Of a stretch of DNA of 64,000 nt, positions 27,533 through 38,747 are shown piece by piece; within the stretch, counting starts at the first letter, position 1, and every line of letters starts with the position of its first letter. A program made the position numbers and the translations under genes. The stretch is taken from positions 12,090,001-12,154,000 of the forward strand of contig JBHGNT010000001.1 of the NCBI GenBank assembly GCA_043228905.1, given 5' to 3'. The notes beneath the pieces are model-generated. The model had not been told where the DNA came from. It made no database searches and was given only the letters and a program-made list of their open reading frames with translations. The stretch comes from Azolla caroliniana (taxonomy: Eukaryota > Plantae > Polypodiophyta).

Positions 27533-28360
27533 GTTCCATATATGAAATAAAATAAATAATTGTCAATGGCCTAGTGGTTAGGGTCATTAAGTGTGTATAG
27601 AGTGGTGCAGAGTTTGAGACTTTGTTAACTAATAACGTGTATTAAAGAGTATTTTATTCCCCCTTTTTCTTTTGTTTGAGACAAGGGAATAATAAAAGCA
27701 TTGAATGCTAAAATAGGTGCCATACCCTCTTTTTCCTCTATAAAAAGGGGAGAAGAGGGCTTATTTCAGGGTCACCCATTTTGCCGTAGGAGGTGTACCA
27801 TTTAGGGTTGAGACTTTCTCTTTCTCTGTCTACGTCTATTTCTTCTTCTTGGTTTTAGGGTTCATGAGTTGTTTAGTTATTTTCTCATCTTCCTCTAATT
27901 GGGAGTTTAGGGTTTCATTCGCTTCTTTTCTCCCATCTTTGTCTTACTCGGAGAGGTTCAAGATTCCCTTCTTATTGTGAGAGTTATGAGCTTAGGGGTT
28001 GTGAGTTTGGTTTCTACTCTCTTCTTACTCAAGAGATTTTGGCTTTGGGTTTCTTAAACAAAGACTTCTTCAATTTTTGATGGCGGTCTACTTGGTGGCT
28101 CGGTTGTCTTCTCCACGATAGAGAATGTTACAGGTGTCGACGGTTTCGGGTTAAGGGTGGACTAACTCGATGGCTGGTTGTGGAAAGGAGGTTGTAGTGG
28201 CATGAGAGCTTCCTCAATTCAAGGCATTCACCAAATTATTTTAGCCCCCTTGTGTTGGTTTCTTTGTCGATTTATGTATACTGATTGATTGATTTGTACA
28301 AACCACTAAAATCGTGGTATTATGCCGATTCGTTGTAAGAAACCCCATTTTTTTGTATCA
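27533..28360 (+). repeat. Older interspersed repeat (probable LTR) into which the 23400-27532 element inserted; second copy at about 63110-63945
   Basis: Shared ordered motifs between 23345-23399 + 27533-28360 and 63115-63945: GTCATGATGTGG, CTAGTGGTTAG, GCATT.AATGCTA, CTATAAAAAG, GAGGGCTTATTTC, CCCATTTTTT. Confidence 0.6.
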
Positions 28361-28969
28361 TAACTTATGTTTATTTTCCCCATGATTTTTCCTTAATCTC
28401 GTGTTTAATCCCTTAACCAAGTGTTAAACTTCACACGGTTCATCATGCTGATCGTGTCCGAAACCCTAACTTCGTCGCCGAGCGCAAACACTCGACAAGC
28501 CCCAAAGCTCGACGAGCTCCTAAGCTTGATGAGCCTCTTACTCAGTGAGCGGCTACTCGATGAGAGAGAGAGATATAGATAGATTATAATTATCAACACG
28601 TTCGCGTTCACAAGTGGAAGGATTGTGCATTCCACTTGTAGAATCATCTTAAAACGAAGCAAATACACCCTCTCTACAAAAATTGGATGCACTAGTATCA
28701 CATGTTCCTCAACTTGATGAGAATTTGCAAATATAAAAATACATGATAGATCTACGAGTGGAGATCATTAGAAATCATGCAAGTTTAGACGCGTTGATAA
28801 GTTAATGTAGGCATAATAAAGTTCAACAATGGCTCAATATGTCACTACTGTGCGACAAGGGAAACACTAACTTAAAGACTTATATTAATTAGGTAAGTTT
28901 TACAAAAATATCAGGTGTACTTGTATCCATACTAATAAAATGAGTTATAATTTATACTTTGACCCATAC

Positions 28970-29250
28970 GTGCATGTATGTAATTGTGGAAAATGTAGGA
29001 TAGTGCACATTAGGATAAGTGATTGGAATAACTAACTTATTAAAGTATTCAATACTTGTATTTAAAGTTGATCTAATCTATTCCTCAGTTTGTTCATATG
29101 GGATCAAACCATATGTATATAATTGTGGACAATGTAAGGCAGTGAACTTTAGGATAATGTCGTGGAAATAACAAACCTATTAGGCTTTCATACCTGTATT
29201 TAAAATTGATCTACTCTATTGCTTAGGTGATTCACACAGGATCAAACTCC
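28970..29250. repeat. Degenerate tandem duplication (about 138-bp unit) in the left arm of the transposon
   Basis: Two copies of TGTAT.TAATTGTGGA.AATGTA...TAGGATAA...TGTATTTAAA.TTGATCTA...GGATCAAAC. Confidence 0.7.
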
Positions 29251-29640
29251 GAACGATAACGCAACTGGAACCATTATCAACACACTACACAATCTAAGCA
29301 GCAATGGAATAGAAACATAATAGTTTTAACAATAGAAGACAAAGATCCATAATAACAACATGGACAGTCATGGCAACAATTGTAGGGCCATGTTCTGTTA
29401 AGGTTAGCTTGGACCAAAATCAGCCTCAATTTAAACTAATTCATGTTTCTCCATAAATTTGGTAGTCAACTATGCACGCGGTGAAACCAATGTCATAAAT
29501 CTACTAACCAAGTATATAAAAATAAAATTGAAACATATAGAAGATTATAAAGAATAGAATCCACTAGGTAAAACCCAAAATTTGTATTAATAATGTGAAA
29601 TCCTAACAAATCGTCAGTGTCATTTTCTTCATAGAGTCTA

Positions 29641-30525
29641 TTACATAGCAATCAATTCATCAACGTCATTTTCTTCATCATCTTGTGTAGAACTCTCTTC
29701 GGCTATACGTGCATTGGCTTCCCCTGTTAGCCGAGCCAACGAAATATCTTCTATAAGCTCATCATCAAGCTCTATTAGCTCCCCCGGTTCGCCGGCTAAC
29801 GGAGGAATAGGCTCTCGCGAAGCAGGTTGAAACCTTTCTGTATTAGTGAGGTTCTTTGCACCGACCTCCTCATCCTGGTCTGGGCACTCCCACAAAGCCT
29901 TAATCCGCATATTAATAAATATAACCTGGTCCTGGTCCTTCTCCAATGCAATTGTATTTCTAAAGAGCTTCAATGCACATGCAGACGTCGTTCCTGTGAT
30001 GTAAGTAACAAGAAGATTTAGTTGTCAAACGAAAAAAAAAGGGATTGGTTATCTCAAGATCGTTACCCTAGTTCAAGGAATACCCGTGCCAGAAAAGAGA
30101 TCTAATATCCAGTCTCCTTTGATAGAAAACATCTCGATCAAGCGCATCATAAGTCGTTGAGGTTTTTGATATGGGTTGACAAGTCCCCGTTTTGTCGTGG
30201 TGACATGTCGCAATTTCCGTGTCACTGCTGGATATACCAACAGATTTGAACCTCCCACTTCATTAGAATGCTCCTTGATTCTCTGTTTCTTAACTTCATT
30301 GAAGTAGCCAACCGTGATGTATTCAATGGCATTAACGAACCGAAAAGTTGGCCCTCTATTTACATTGGTCTTGATCCTATAAAAAATAATACATCGAGTT
30401 AAGAATAGATTGAACAACCTTAAGAAATGCAATATAGTGAAAGACACCTATAAATAATCCTTACCATGCAAGGTTCTTGATGCCATGGCAACGAGATCTC
30501 AAAGCTTGAGCTACCGAGTACCCTT
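29641..30525 (-). pseudogene. 5'-truncated, spliced beta-class N4-cytosine/N6-adenine DNA methyltransferase (exons 30525-30465, 30376-30084, 29993-29641)
   Basis: Spliced translation: ...LAWIKTNVNRGPTFRFVNAIEYI...NPYQKPQRLMMRLIEMFSIKGDWILDLFSGTGTTSACALKLFRNTIALEKDQDQ...R. Two GT-AG introns (88 and 90 bp) join in frame through W-I-K and G-T-G-T-T. The catalytic (D/S)PP(Y/F) region is missing beyond the copia junction. Confidence 0.85.
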
Positions 30526-33500
30526 GGTCGGATCGACACTTTCGGCAAACTGCAGGTTATCCGGTAAGCAAAGCCCGAAGACAAAAGCAGAGAAGGCGGA
30601 TATGAGGAAAATTCCATATGCCTCTGCCGTCGGGAGCTTAATGTACGCAATGGTGTGTACCCGACCGGATATAGGATACGCAGTCGGAGTGGTGAGCCGG
30701 TTCATGAGCAATCCCGGCAAGGAGCACTGGAACGTAGTCAAATGGATACTCCGGTACTTGAAGGGCACTTCGAACATGTGTCTCCGATTCAACTTCAGAA
30801 AACCTCAACTTGACGGTTTTACCGATTCGGACATGTCGGCTGATGTGGATACCAGCCGGTCTACATCTGGGTATGTAATGACATATGCAGGGGGAGTTGT
30901 TTCGTGGCAGTCGAGGTTGCAGAAGACGGTTGCGTTGTCAACCATAGAGGCGGAGTACATGGCGGCTGTGGAAGCCGGCAAGGAAATCTTATGGATGAAG
31001 GACTTCATCGGAGAGCTCGGTATCCGGCAAGATGAATACCGGCTCTATTGCGACAGTCAAAGTCCCATCCACCTTGCTAAGAATGTGGCCTACCATTCCC
31101 GGACGAAGCATATCCAGCGCAGATATCACTGGATCCGGGAAAGAGTAGATGACCAGGAGTTCGCACTGACGAAGATCCACACGGCTGAGAACGGGTCAGA
31201 TATGCTGACCATAGTGCTGATACCCGACAAGCTAGATGCATGCCGAAAGAGGATCATTCTAGTAAGACACCCCATGCTGGAGTGAAGGGGGAGTTTGTTC
31301 GGAGACAGGTCCCTCCGGATGGTTGCCGGAAGTGTCGATCCGACCGGTTTCGCATCTGACATGTTGAACCGGTGAAGCACCTTTGTCACGTACTTCTCCT
31401 GTGACAACCATAATTGCTTCGCTGACCGGTTCCGGATAATATGCATCCCGTCTTTCATTGAGAAGGTCTGGTTGAGAGCCTTCTTCAGCATCCGTATTTT
31501 AACTTGGTCCCGTCCGACGATCAACATGTCGTCCACGTACAGAAGGAGTATCAGGAAGTCGCCTCCATCCGGACGGTGCTGAGTATATCGGTCATGAAGG
31601 AGTCGAACTTCCGGTACCATTGCCGGGGGGCCTGCTTTAACCCGTAGAGGCTCTTCTTCAACCGGCAAACCAGGTGCTCCTTCCCTTTCTCCACGAATCC
31701 TTCCGGTTGCTGCATGTAGATCTCTTCTTCGAGGTCACCGTGAAGGAATGCCGTCTTCACGTCTAACTACTCTACCTCGAGGTCCATGCTTGCCGCTATA
31801 CTCAGCACCGTCCGGATGGAGGTCATCTTTACTACCGGGGCAAATATCTTGTTGAAGTCCACGCCCTTCTTCTGCTGGAAACCCCTTCACCACGATCCTG
31901 GCTTTGTATCTCGGGGGGTTGCCGACATCTCCCGGTTTCAACTTGTACACCCACTTGTTTCGGAGTGCCCGCTTTCCTTTCGGCAACTCCACCAATTCGT
32001 ACGTATGGTTTTCATGCAGGGAATCCATCTCATCCTGCATGGCACTTAACCATTTTTGGCTGTGGGCGTCTTCCTTCGCTTCTTCGAAGCTTTCCGGCTC
32101 CCCCTCATCGGTCAGCAGAACATGATCTGCATCCGGAAATCTCCGGGGGGCCCTTCTCTCTCTGAGAGGATATCTCCGTCTCTGGGCTTCGGTGACCGGC
32201 TCATCCATCTGCTCTTCATTCGAATCCGATTCGGGGTCTTGGCCGGTTCCGGTTTCAGCTTCCTCTACTTCTTCTTCAGCCCGTTCGGTATCCTCACCGT
32301 AACCGGCTGGTCCCTCGAGTGCTAACCGGTCTCTTGCCGGTTGGGTCTGCTCATCGTAGAGTCGATCCTTACTGGTCGACTCAGAGTCCATTATCTTCTT
32401 CTCCGACTCCCAGACGGCGAGCGTCTTGTTCTCCAAGAAGATAATATCTCGACTTCGGAATACCTTCTTGTCGACTAGGTCCCACACTCGGTAGCCGAAC
32501 TCATCGTCACCATAACCGAGGAATATGCATGGCTGGGTCTTTGGATCTAACTTTCCTCTCCGGTCCTTAGCTACATGCACGTACGCGAGACACCCGAACA
32601 CCTTCAGATGCCGGTAGGATACTTCCTTACCGGTCCACACTCTCTGTGGCATGTCTCTGTCCAAGGGTACTGAGGGTGATCTATTTATCACATATGTCGC
32701 CGTCGACAGTGCCTCAGCCCAAAACTTCTTGGGTAGTTTTGCATGCGCTAGCATACTCCGGACCCTCTCCATTATGGTCCGGTTCATCCTCTCGGCCAGT
32801 CCGTTTAGTTCCAGCGTCTTCAGCACGGTAAATTTGAGCCGGATTCCCTTCGAGCGGCAACACTCCTTGAACTGCCCCCGGTATTCTCCTCCGTTATGTG
32901 CTCGAACTGCCTTCAGCTTCCGGCCGGTTTCTCTTTCCACTCTCGCATGGAGCTCTTTGAAGACAAATAACACCTGATCCTTCGTCTTCAACGGTGTGGC
33001 CCACAGCTTCCGGCTGTGGTCATCTATGAACGTCACGAAGTACTGTGATCCTGCATGTGATTTCGTGTCTACTTGACACACATCAGTATGCACCAACTCC
33101 AGTGGTGCATTACGTCTCATCGGTGGCCTTGGTCGGAAGGAGGTCTGGTTTTGCTTACCGGCCAGACAATTAGTGCACTTCTCCAAGTGCACGTTCTTCA
33201 CTGGAATGAGGTTGTCGTCTGCAAGCCTCTTCATCCCCTTCTCGCTCATATGACACAGCCTCTTGTGCCACAGCTCACCGGCAGTGTCGAATGCCACGTT
33301 CACTTCTTCCGGGCATAACCGGGCATTCATCAGGTACAATGTGTTTACCTTCCGGGCCCGAGCCACAATCAGGCTCCCTTTGCTAAACTTCATGACACCG
33401 TTCCGGATGCTACCTGTGTAGCCCTCATCATCTAGCCGACCGGCTGATATCAGGTTCAGTCGAACCTCCGGAACGTGTGAGACATCCCTCAACAGCAACT

Positions 33501-35211
33501 TGCATCCGGTTGGTGTCGACAGCCACACGTCTCCTATGCCGACAATTCGGCATGTACCTTCATTCCCCATCCGGACACAGCCGTGATCACCGGCTGAGTA
33601 GGATGAGAAGCATTTCCGGTCCGGGGTAAGGTGGATCGACGCTCAGGAGTCTACCACCCAGGTCATCTCGTCGCCGGCAAGGTTTATCTCACTCTCCTCG
33701 GTGATGAGCATCAACTCCTCTTCAGTTGCCGCGATTGTCGTCGTTCCCTTCCGGTTCGGTCCCCTCCGGTCTTTACCGTTCCGGTCCGGTGTCCGCTTCG
33801 AATCGGTGCCGTCGGTTACCTTGTCTTTACGGAAGTGCCGACAGTTCTTCTGGAAGTGTCCCGGCTTGCTGCAATAGAAGCAAGTAGGCCTCCCCCTTGA
33901 CTTTGACCGTGTCCCCAACTTCTCCCAGTTCTGGGGACTACGGTTTTTATGTCTTCCGCGTTCTGATTCGGTAAGGAGCGCTTTGGAGTCGGAGCTCGTA
34001 TCCTTATCTTTCCGACGCGCCTCCTCATCTAGCAGGCTCGACTTCACTCTTGTTAGGGATAACCGTTTTCCTTCCGGCCCGACGTTGCCCAAAGTGACAA
34101 CCAACGTCTCCCAGCTATCCGGGAGGGAACCGAGCAGGAGTAGCGCTAGTACTTTGTCGGCGAGAGGTACTTCCAATGATGTTTCCTGGTGTATCAGCCC
34201 CTGGAAGGCATTCATGTGCTCCGCCATGCTGGAGCCATCTTGGTACTGGAGTCTTACTAGCTTCCGGAATACCGAAACCTGATTAACAGCATTCTTGTTT
34301 TGAAACATTATGCCGATCTTCTCCCAGAGCTCATGAGCCTTGCTCTCTTCATTGAAGTTGTTGTACAGGCTCATGTCGATGAAGCAGTGTATGTACGCCG
34401 TTGTCTTCATGTGCATCACCTCCCATATCGCGGCGTCGATTTTGTCCGGTCTCTTGTCTCCGAACTGAACCGGCAGCCAGAGGTCTTTAACCACGAGCAT
34501 GTCCCTCATCTTCGACTTCCACACCGAATAGTTGGAGCCGGTGAGCTTGAACATGTCTCCCAACGAATAGTCCATTTTCTGTGTCGTTTTGCTCTGATAC
34601 CACTTCACAGGAACTAAACGCTCCCCTATACGCAACGCTCGGCCACAACCAAGCTTAGATTCATACACAGAAAAACGGGCAATTAAAGCACGACACAAAG
34701 AGGAGAAGAGTACACGGGATGTTTACGTGGAAAACCCAAGGAGGGAAAAACCACGGCAGCCCACAGGCTACAAACTATCACTATGCTAGAATGTACAATA
34801 GTGAGTTCACGGAGGCCATGACATCGTGCTCACGATCCTCGCCACAGGCGGCGGTTACAACAGAGGCAATGACCTCTTGCTCTCTCTCTCTCTTTGTACA
34901 CTGTTACGCACTCACTCTATTCTTTCCCCAACAAGAATAACAACAACGATCAATCATCAAAACACACTCAAAAAAGGTTTGCCCTAAGTCATATTTATAC
35001 TAATATGACTTTTCGGCTATTTATAAATATAGCCACGATGGACTCTCAGAAACATATTTACAAATATGTCTCTTCATCTGGAGAGCACTTCTCACTGGGT
35101 CTGCACCATCCGGTTCTCTGTAGCCAGGTCTGCGCCATCCGGCTCTTCGTAGCCGGGTACTCCTCATACGGTTCTTCTCCCTTCCCATCCGGAGGGACCT
35201 GTCTCCCAACA
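30526..35211 (-). mobile_element. Rearranged Ty1/copia element 2 (5' LTR 34605-35211, PBS 34591-34602, gag-pol on the minus strand; 3' segment 30526-31322 inverted)
   Basis: Same family as element 1. RT end, RNaseH, PPT and the first about 25 bp of the 3' LTR lie on the plus strand (30526-31322), while the rest is on the minus strand. No TSD. Confidence 0.93.
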
Positions 35212-35286
35212 ATATCTTTTCCACACAATAATTAATTGTTGCCCCAAAAACACAATTTTTCTCTTTCAGAGCCTTCTTTTATATAG

Positions 35287-35873
35287 GAACTCGATACGGC
35301 GTATCGAGTTCTGGTTTAAAGTCTAGGTTTTAAACACAAACTCGATACACCGTATCGAGTTCCTGTGATTTCTTTGCTTTTTAAACAGGAACTCGATATG
35401 GCGTATCGAGTTCCTGTTTAAAACCTACACTTTAAACACGAACTCGATACGCCGTATCGAGTTCGTGTTTAAAACCTAAACTTTAAACGAGAACTCGATA
35501 CGGCGTATCGAGTTCCTGTTTAAAAAGCAAAGGAAACACAAGAACTCGATACGGTGTATCGAGTTCCCGTTTAAAGTTTAGGTTTTAAACAGGAACTCGA
35601 TACGCCATATCGAGTTCCTGTTTAAAAAGCAAAAAAAAAAAAGAACTCGATACGGCGTATCAAGTTCCCATTTAAAGTTTAGGTTTAGGTTTAGGGACCT
35701 CGATATGGCGTATCGAGTTCTTGTTTAAAGTTTAGGTTTTAAACAGTAACTCGATACGCCGTATCGAGTTCCTGTTTAAAAAGAAAAAAATATATATGAA
35801 CTCGATACGCCATATCGAGTTCCTATATAAAGTTTGTATTGTATACAGGAACTCGATACGGCGTATCGAGTTC
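35287..35873. repeat. Array of 12 palindromic 25-bp repeats GAACTCGATAC-NNN-GTATCGAGTTC at a 51-bp period
   Basis: Starts at 35287, 35338, 35389, 35440, 35491, 35542, 35593, 35643, 35696, 35747, 35798 and 35849. Spacers are AT-rich and 25-28 bp long. Confidence 0.97.
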
Positions 35874-35899
35874 TTGAGCGAAAAAACATATTTACAAAA

Positions 35900-38747
35900 A
35901 TGTCCATAGTGTCAGAGGCCTACCTGGAGTCCTCGCGCTCGATTCTCTTTGAAGACATGGTTGATCGTGTGGTAGTGGAGGCGGAGATCGCGCTTTTGTG
36001 CTTTGTGTTGACCGTTCTCGATTGAAGAATATTGTTTGTCATCAGACTCATCGTTTTCTACTAAAGAGTATTGTTTGTCGACAGAGTCACCATATTCGAT
36101 TGAAGAATATTGTCTGTCGACAGACTCACCATAGTCTATCGAAGAATATTGTCTGAGCTCATCTACAGGGAATGTAAATAATGACACATGTGAAGAGTTC
36201 TCTATTGAAGAATACGATATTAATAAAGATACGAAGAATGAAGGTAGTGCCAAGGAAACATTGAATAACATTGGCGATGGTCACAATAGAGAATTAGATT
36301 GTAACAAGGTTACACCAACCTCTATGCAGGAAGAGAAATCTGGGAGCCCTATGCATATTAGAAGAATCCCATGAAGAATTCATTTGGCTAGATTTAGCTT
36401 GGTGACATCAGATAAACAGATTGGATTTGATGTCAAAAAAATTGGAAAATCAAAGTTGCGAGAATTAAGGCGATACTATTTTTCGATGACCGGTGATGAG
36501 CAAGACACTTACCTCAGGTCACTTATGCAACTAGTATCTGACAAATGTACGGGGATCAAAGTATCATTCGAGTATTATATCTTCCATGTGCAACAGATAT
36601 GTAGAGTTGCATTCAAAATTGCGTTATGTGTTAGTAACATGCGGCTACATAGAGTACAACAACGTCTACTTAGCAGGGATCAGATGCTCAATTGTAAAGA
36701 GGTTCCAAGTATGAAAGGTGCAATTGGAAGACATGCTATTGGTTGGATGAAAACTTACTTTCAGTTAAATTGTGAAGTAATGCCCACTACAGGTAGGATG
36801 CACCTTTCTGATAATTATACACGTCGGGAAGTTTATGATGTCTATCGATCTGATATGCTGGGCTCACGTAATAAGTCTATCACCTATATCCAATTCACAA
36901 GATTATGGAGAGCTCGGTTTTCAAATGTTATTATTCCTCGTAAAGTACGTATGGGGTATTGCTCCATTTGTGCAAATCTTAAAAGTTTGGGTAAAGGTGC
37001 AAAGACATCAATGGAAAAGGATATGAGTAAGAAGTTACTACAAGAGCATCGTGAGGCACAATCCTTAGAACGAAAGAAGGCGATGCATCATAGAGAGAAG
37101 TGTTTGAAGAGGCCCGAACAATACATGTGCTTAATGATAGATGGCATGGACCAGAAGAAGACATGCTTGCCGCATATGCGAAGGCTCCCCAAAGATGTCA
37201 ATGATGAGTGCCTTGTTCAAATGCACTTGGTGGGATGCTTGGCTTATAATAGGTTTGTTCGACCTCACGTCTTCATTACTTACCCCAATGTTCACAATGA
37301 CCCTAACCTAACAGTTACAGTCATTCACCGAGTTTTGATGTCTTGGGGCCAACATTTCCCCCCTGTTCTATACATTCAATTGGACAATACTGCTAGAGAG
37401 AACAAAAATTCAACTGTATTTGGCTATTTAAGTATGTTGGTCAACCAAGAATTGTTTAGGAAAGTGAAAGTCAATTTCCTTTTGGTTGGCCACACACATT
37501 ACCATATAGATCAGATGTTTAGCACATTCTCCAGACAATTGTCTCGGCATGATGCTTTCACTTTACCTAAACTATTTGATGTCATTTGTGATGCACATAC
37601 ACCACGCCCAAAAGTGTTACACTTGAAGGAGGTATATGACTTTAAGAGATATATATCAGATGGGGGTGGTGGGAATGTTAAAGTGCTTGCTCAGTTAAAC
37701 AATATAAGTTTCAATCACATTTTTATGATAAAGAAAAATTGAATAAGTGGTTCTACACTTTTGTATGCTAAACAATATTCATATTCTACAACATGGGAAC
37801 CTGAAGGTGGTTGCTAGTTATTACTTTGTATGCCGAGTACAATTGACCATGGAGCTAAGCAAATGCCAATTGAGAAGAAAGGACAGTTGCAGAGCGACTT
37901 TGTATCAGAACAAAAACGGTCATGGCTCCAAGCCTTTGAAGAAAAAAGAAAGCATATTGAGGCCGCCAAGAAATATGCCGCACAACAAGACACGTCATGG
38001 TGAGATGTATTTTATAGTGATCAGAAAGAAATTATAGACAATTGTGTATCTGTTGATAATTGGAATTTGGAAACGTCATTCACATGGTCGCTGCAACATG
38101 ATCGCGTAAATAGAACTCCGGAGCAACTAGTAAATGCGATTAATGACAGCTTAGTCCATCCACAACAAAGAGACATTTATGTGGGACCAAGGATGACCAA
38201 AGCAGCCGAAGCTAGATGGCAAGGCAATTTGCAAGAGCTCACCGCGGGGATGTTGATTGCAACGTCGGCTGATGAGAACTCACATGGCCACCAATTTTGG
38301 GTTGGTAAAATTCTAGAAGTGCTAATGCATGAAATAGAAAACACGATCAAGTCTATAAATGTTCATTGGTACAACACTAGAAGTGCAAATGCTTTTACAG
38401 GTAAGTATACATTGGAGATGATTGAATGCCCAACAAGAAGGGGAGGTAGGAAGAGGAAGCGAAACATTCGTAACACCTCGACCCTTGATATCTCTGATGT
38501 GGATATTATCGTGTACGACTTCACACTTACAAAAGCCGGATGATTAAGGAAGTCAACAATAGATATAATAAAAGAAAAATTACCAGGTCTACAAGGTGGC
38601 TCGAGTCAAAGGCAAACGAGATCTGCTACATATAATCTAGAGTCAAACCATTTGGTTTATGACGAAGATAATGCACTGATTGGTACATCCGAGGATGATG
38701 AGGAGGAATCGTCATTGTATATTAGTTATAGTAGTGATTCTCCGTAA
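35900..38747 (+). pseudogene. Sola-like (DUF7869-type) DDE transposase with premature stops and frameshifts; core ORF 36384-37742
   Basis: CSIC..H zinc-binding motif, IDGMDQKK, YIQLDNTARENKN and FLLVGHTHYHIDQMFS, all inside TIRs. Family assignment is from recalled motifs, not a search. Confidence 0.82.

Noticed and set aside
29641-30447. Bacterial contamination explaining the methyltransferase
   Set aside because: The gene has two spliceosomal introns, lies within TIRs with a TSD, and is interrupted by a plant copia element.
35676-35696. Interstitial telomere repeat (TTTAGG)n
   Set aside because: Only about three units, derived by slippage of a spacer motif.
35287-35873. CRISPR array
   Set aside because: The spacers are related to each other (two AT-rich types and their reverse complements), there are no cas genes, and the context is a eukaryotic transposon. 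Reported as a palindrome array instead.
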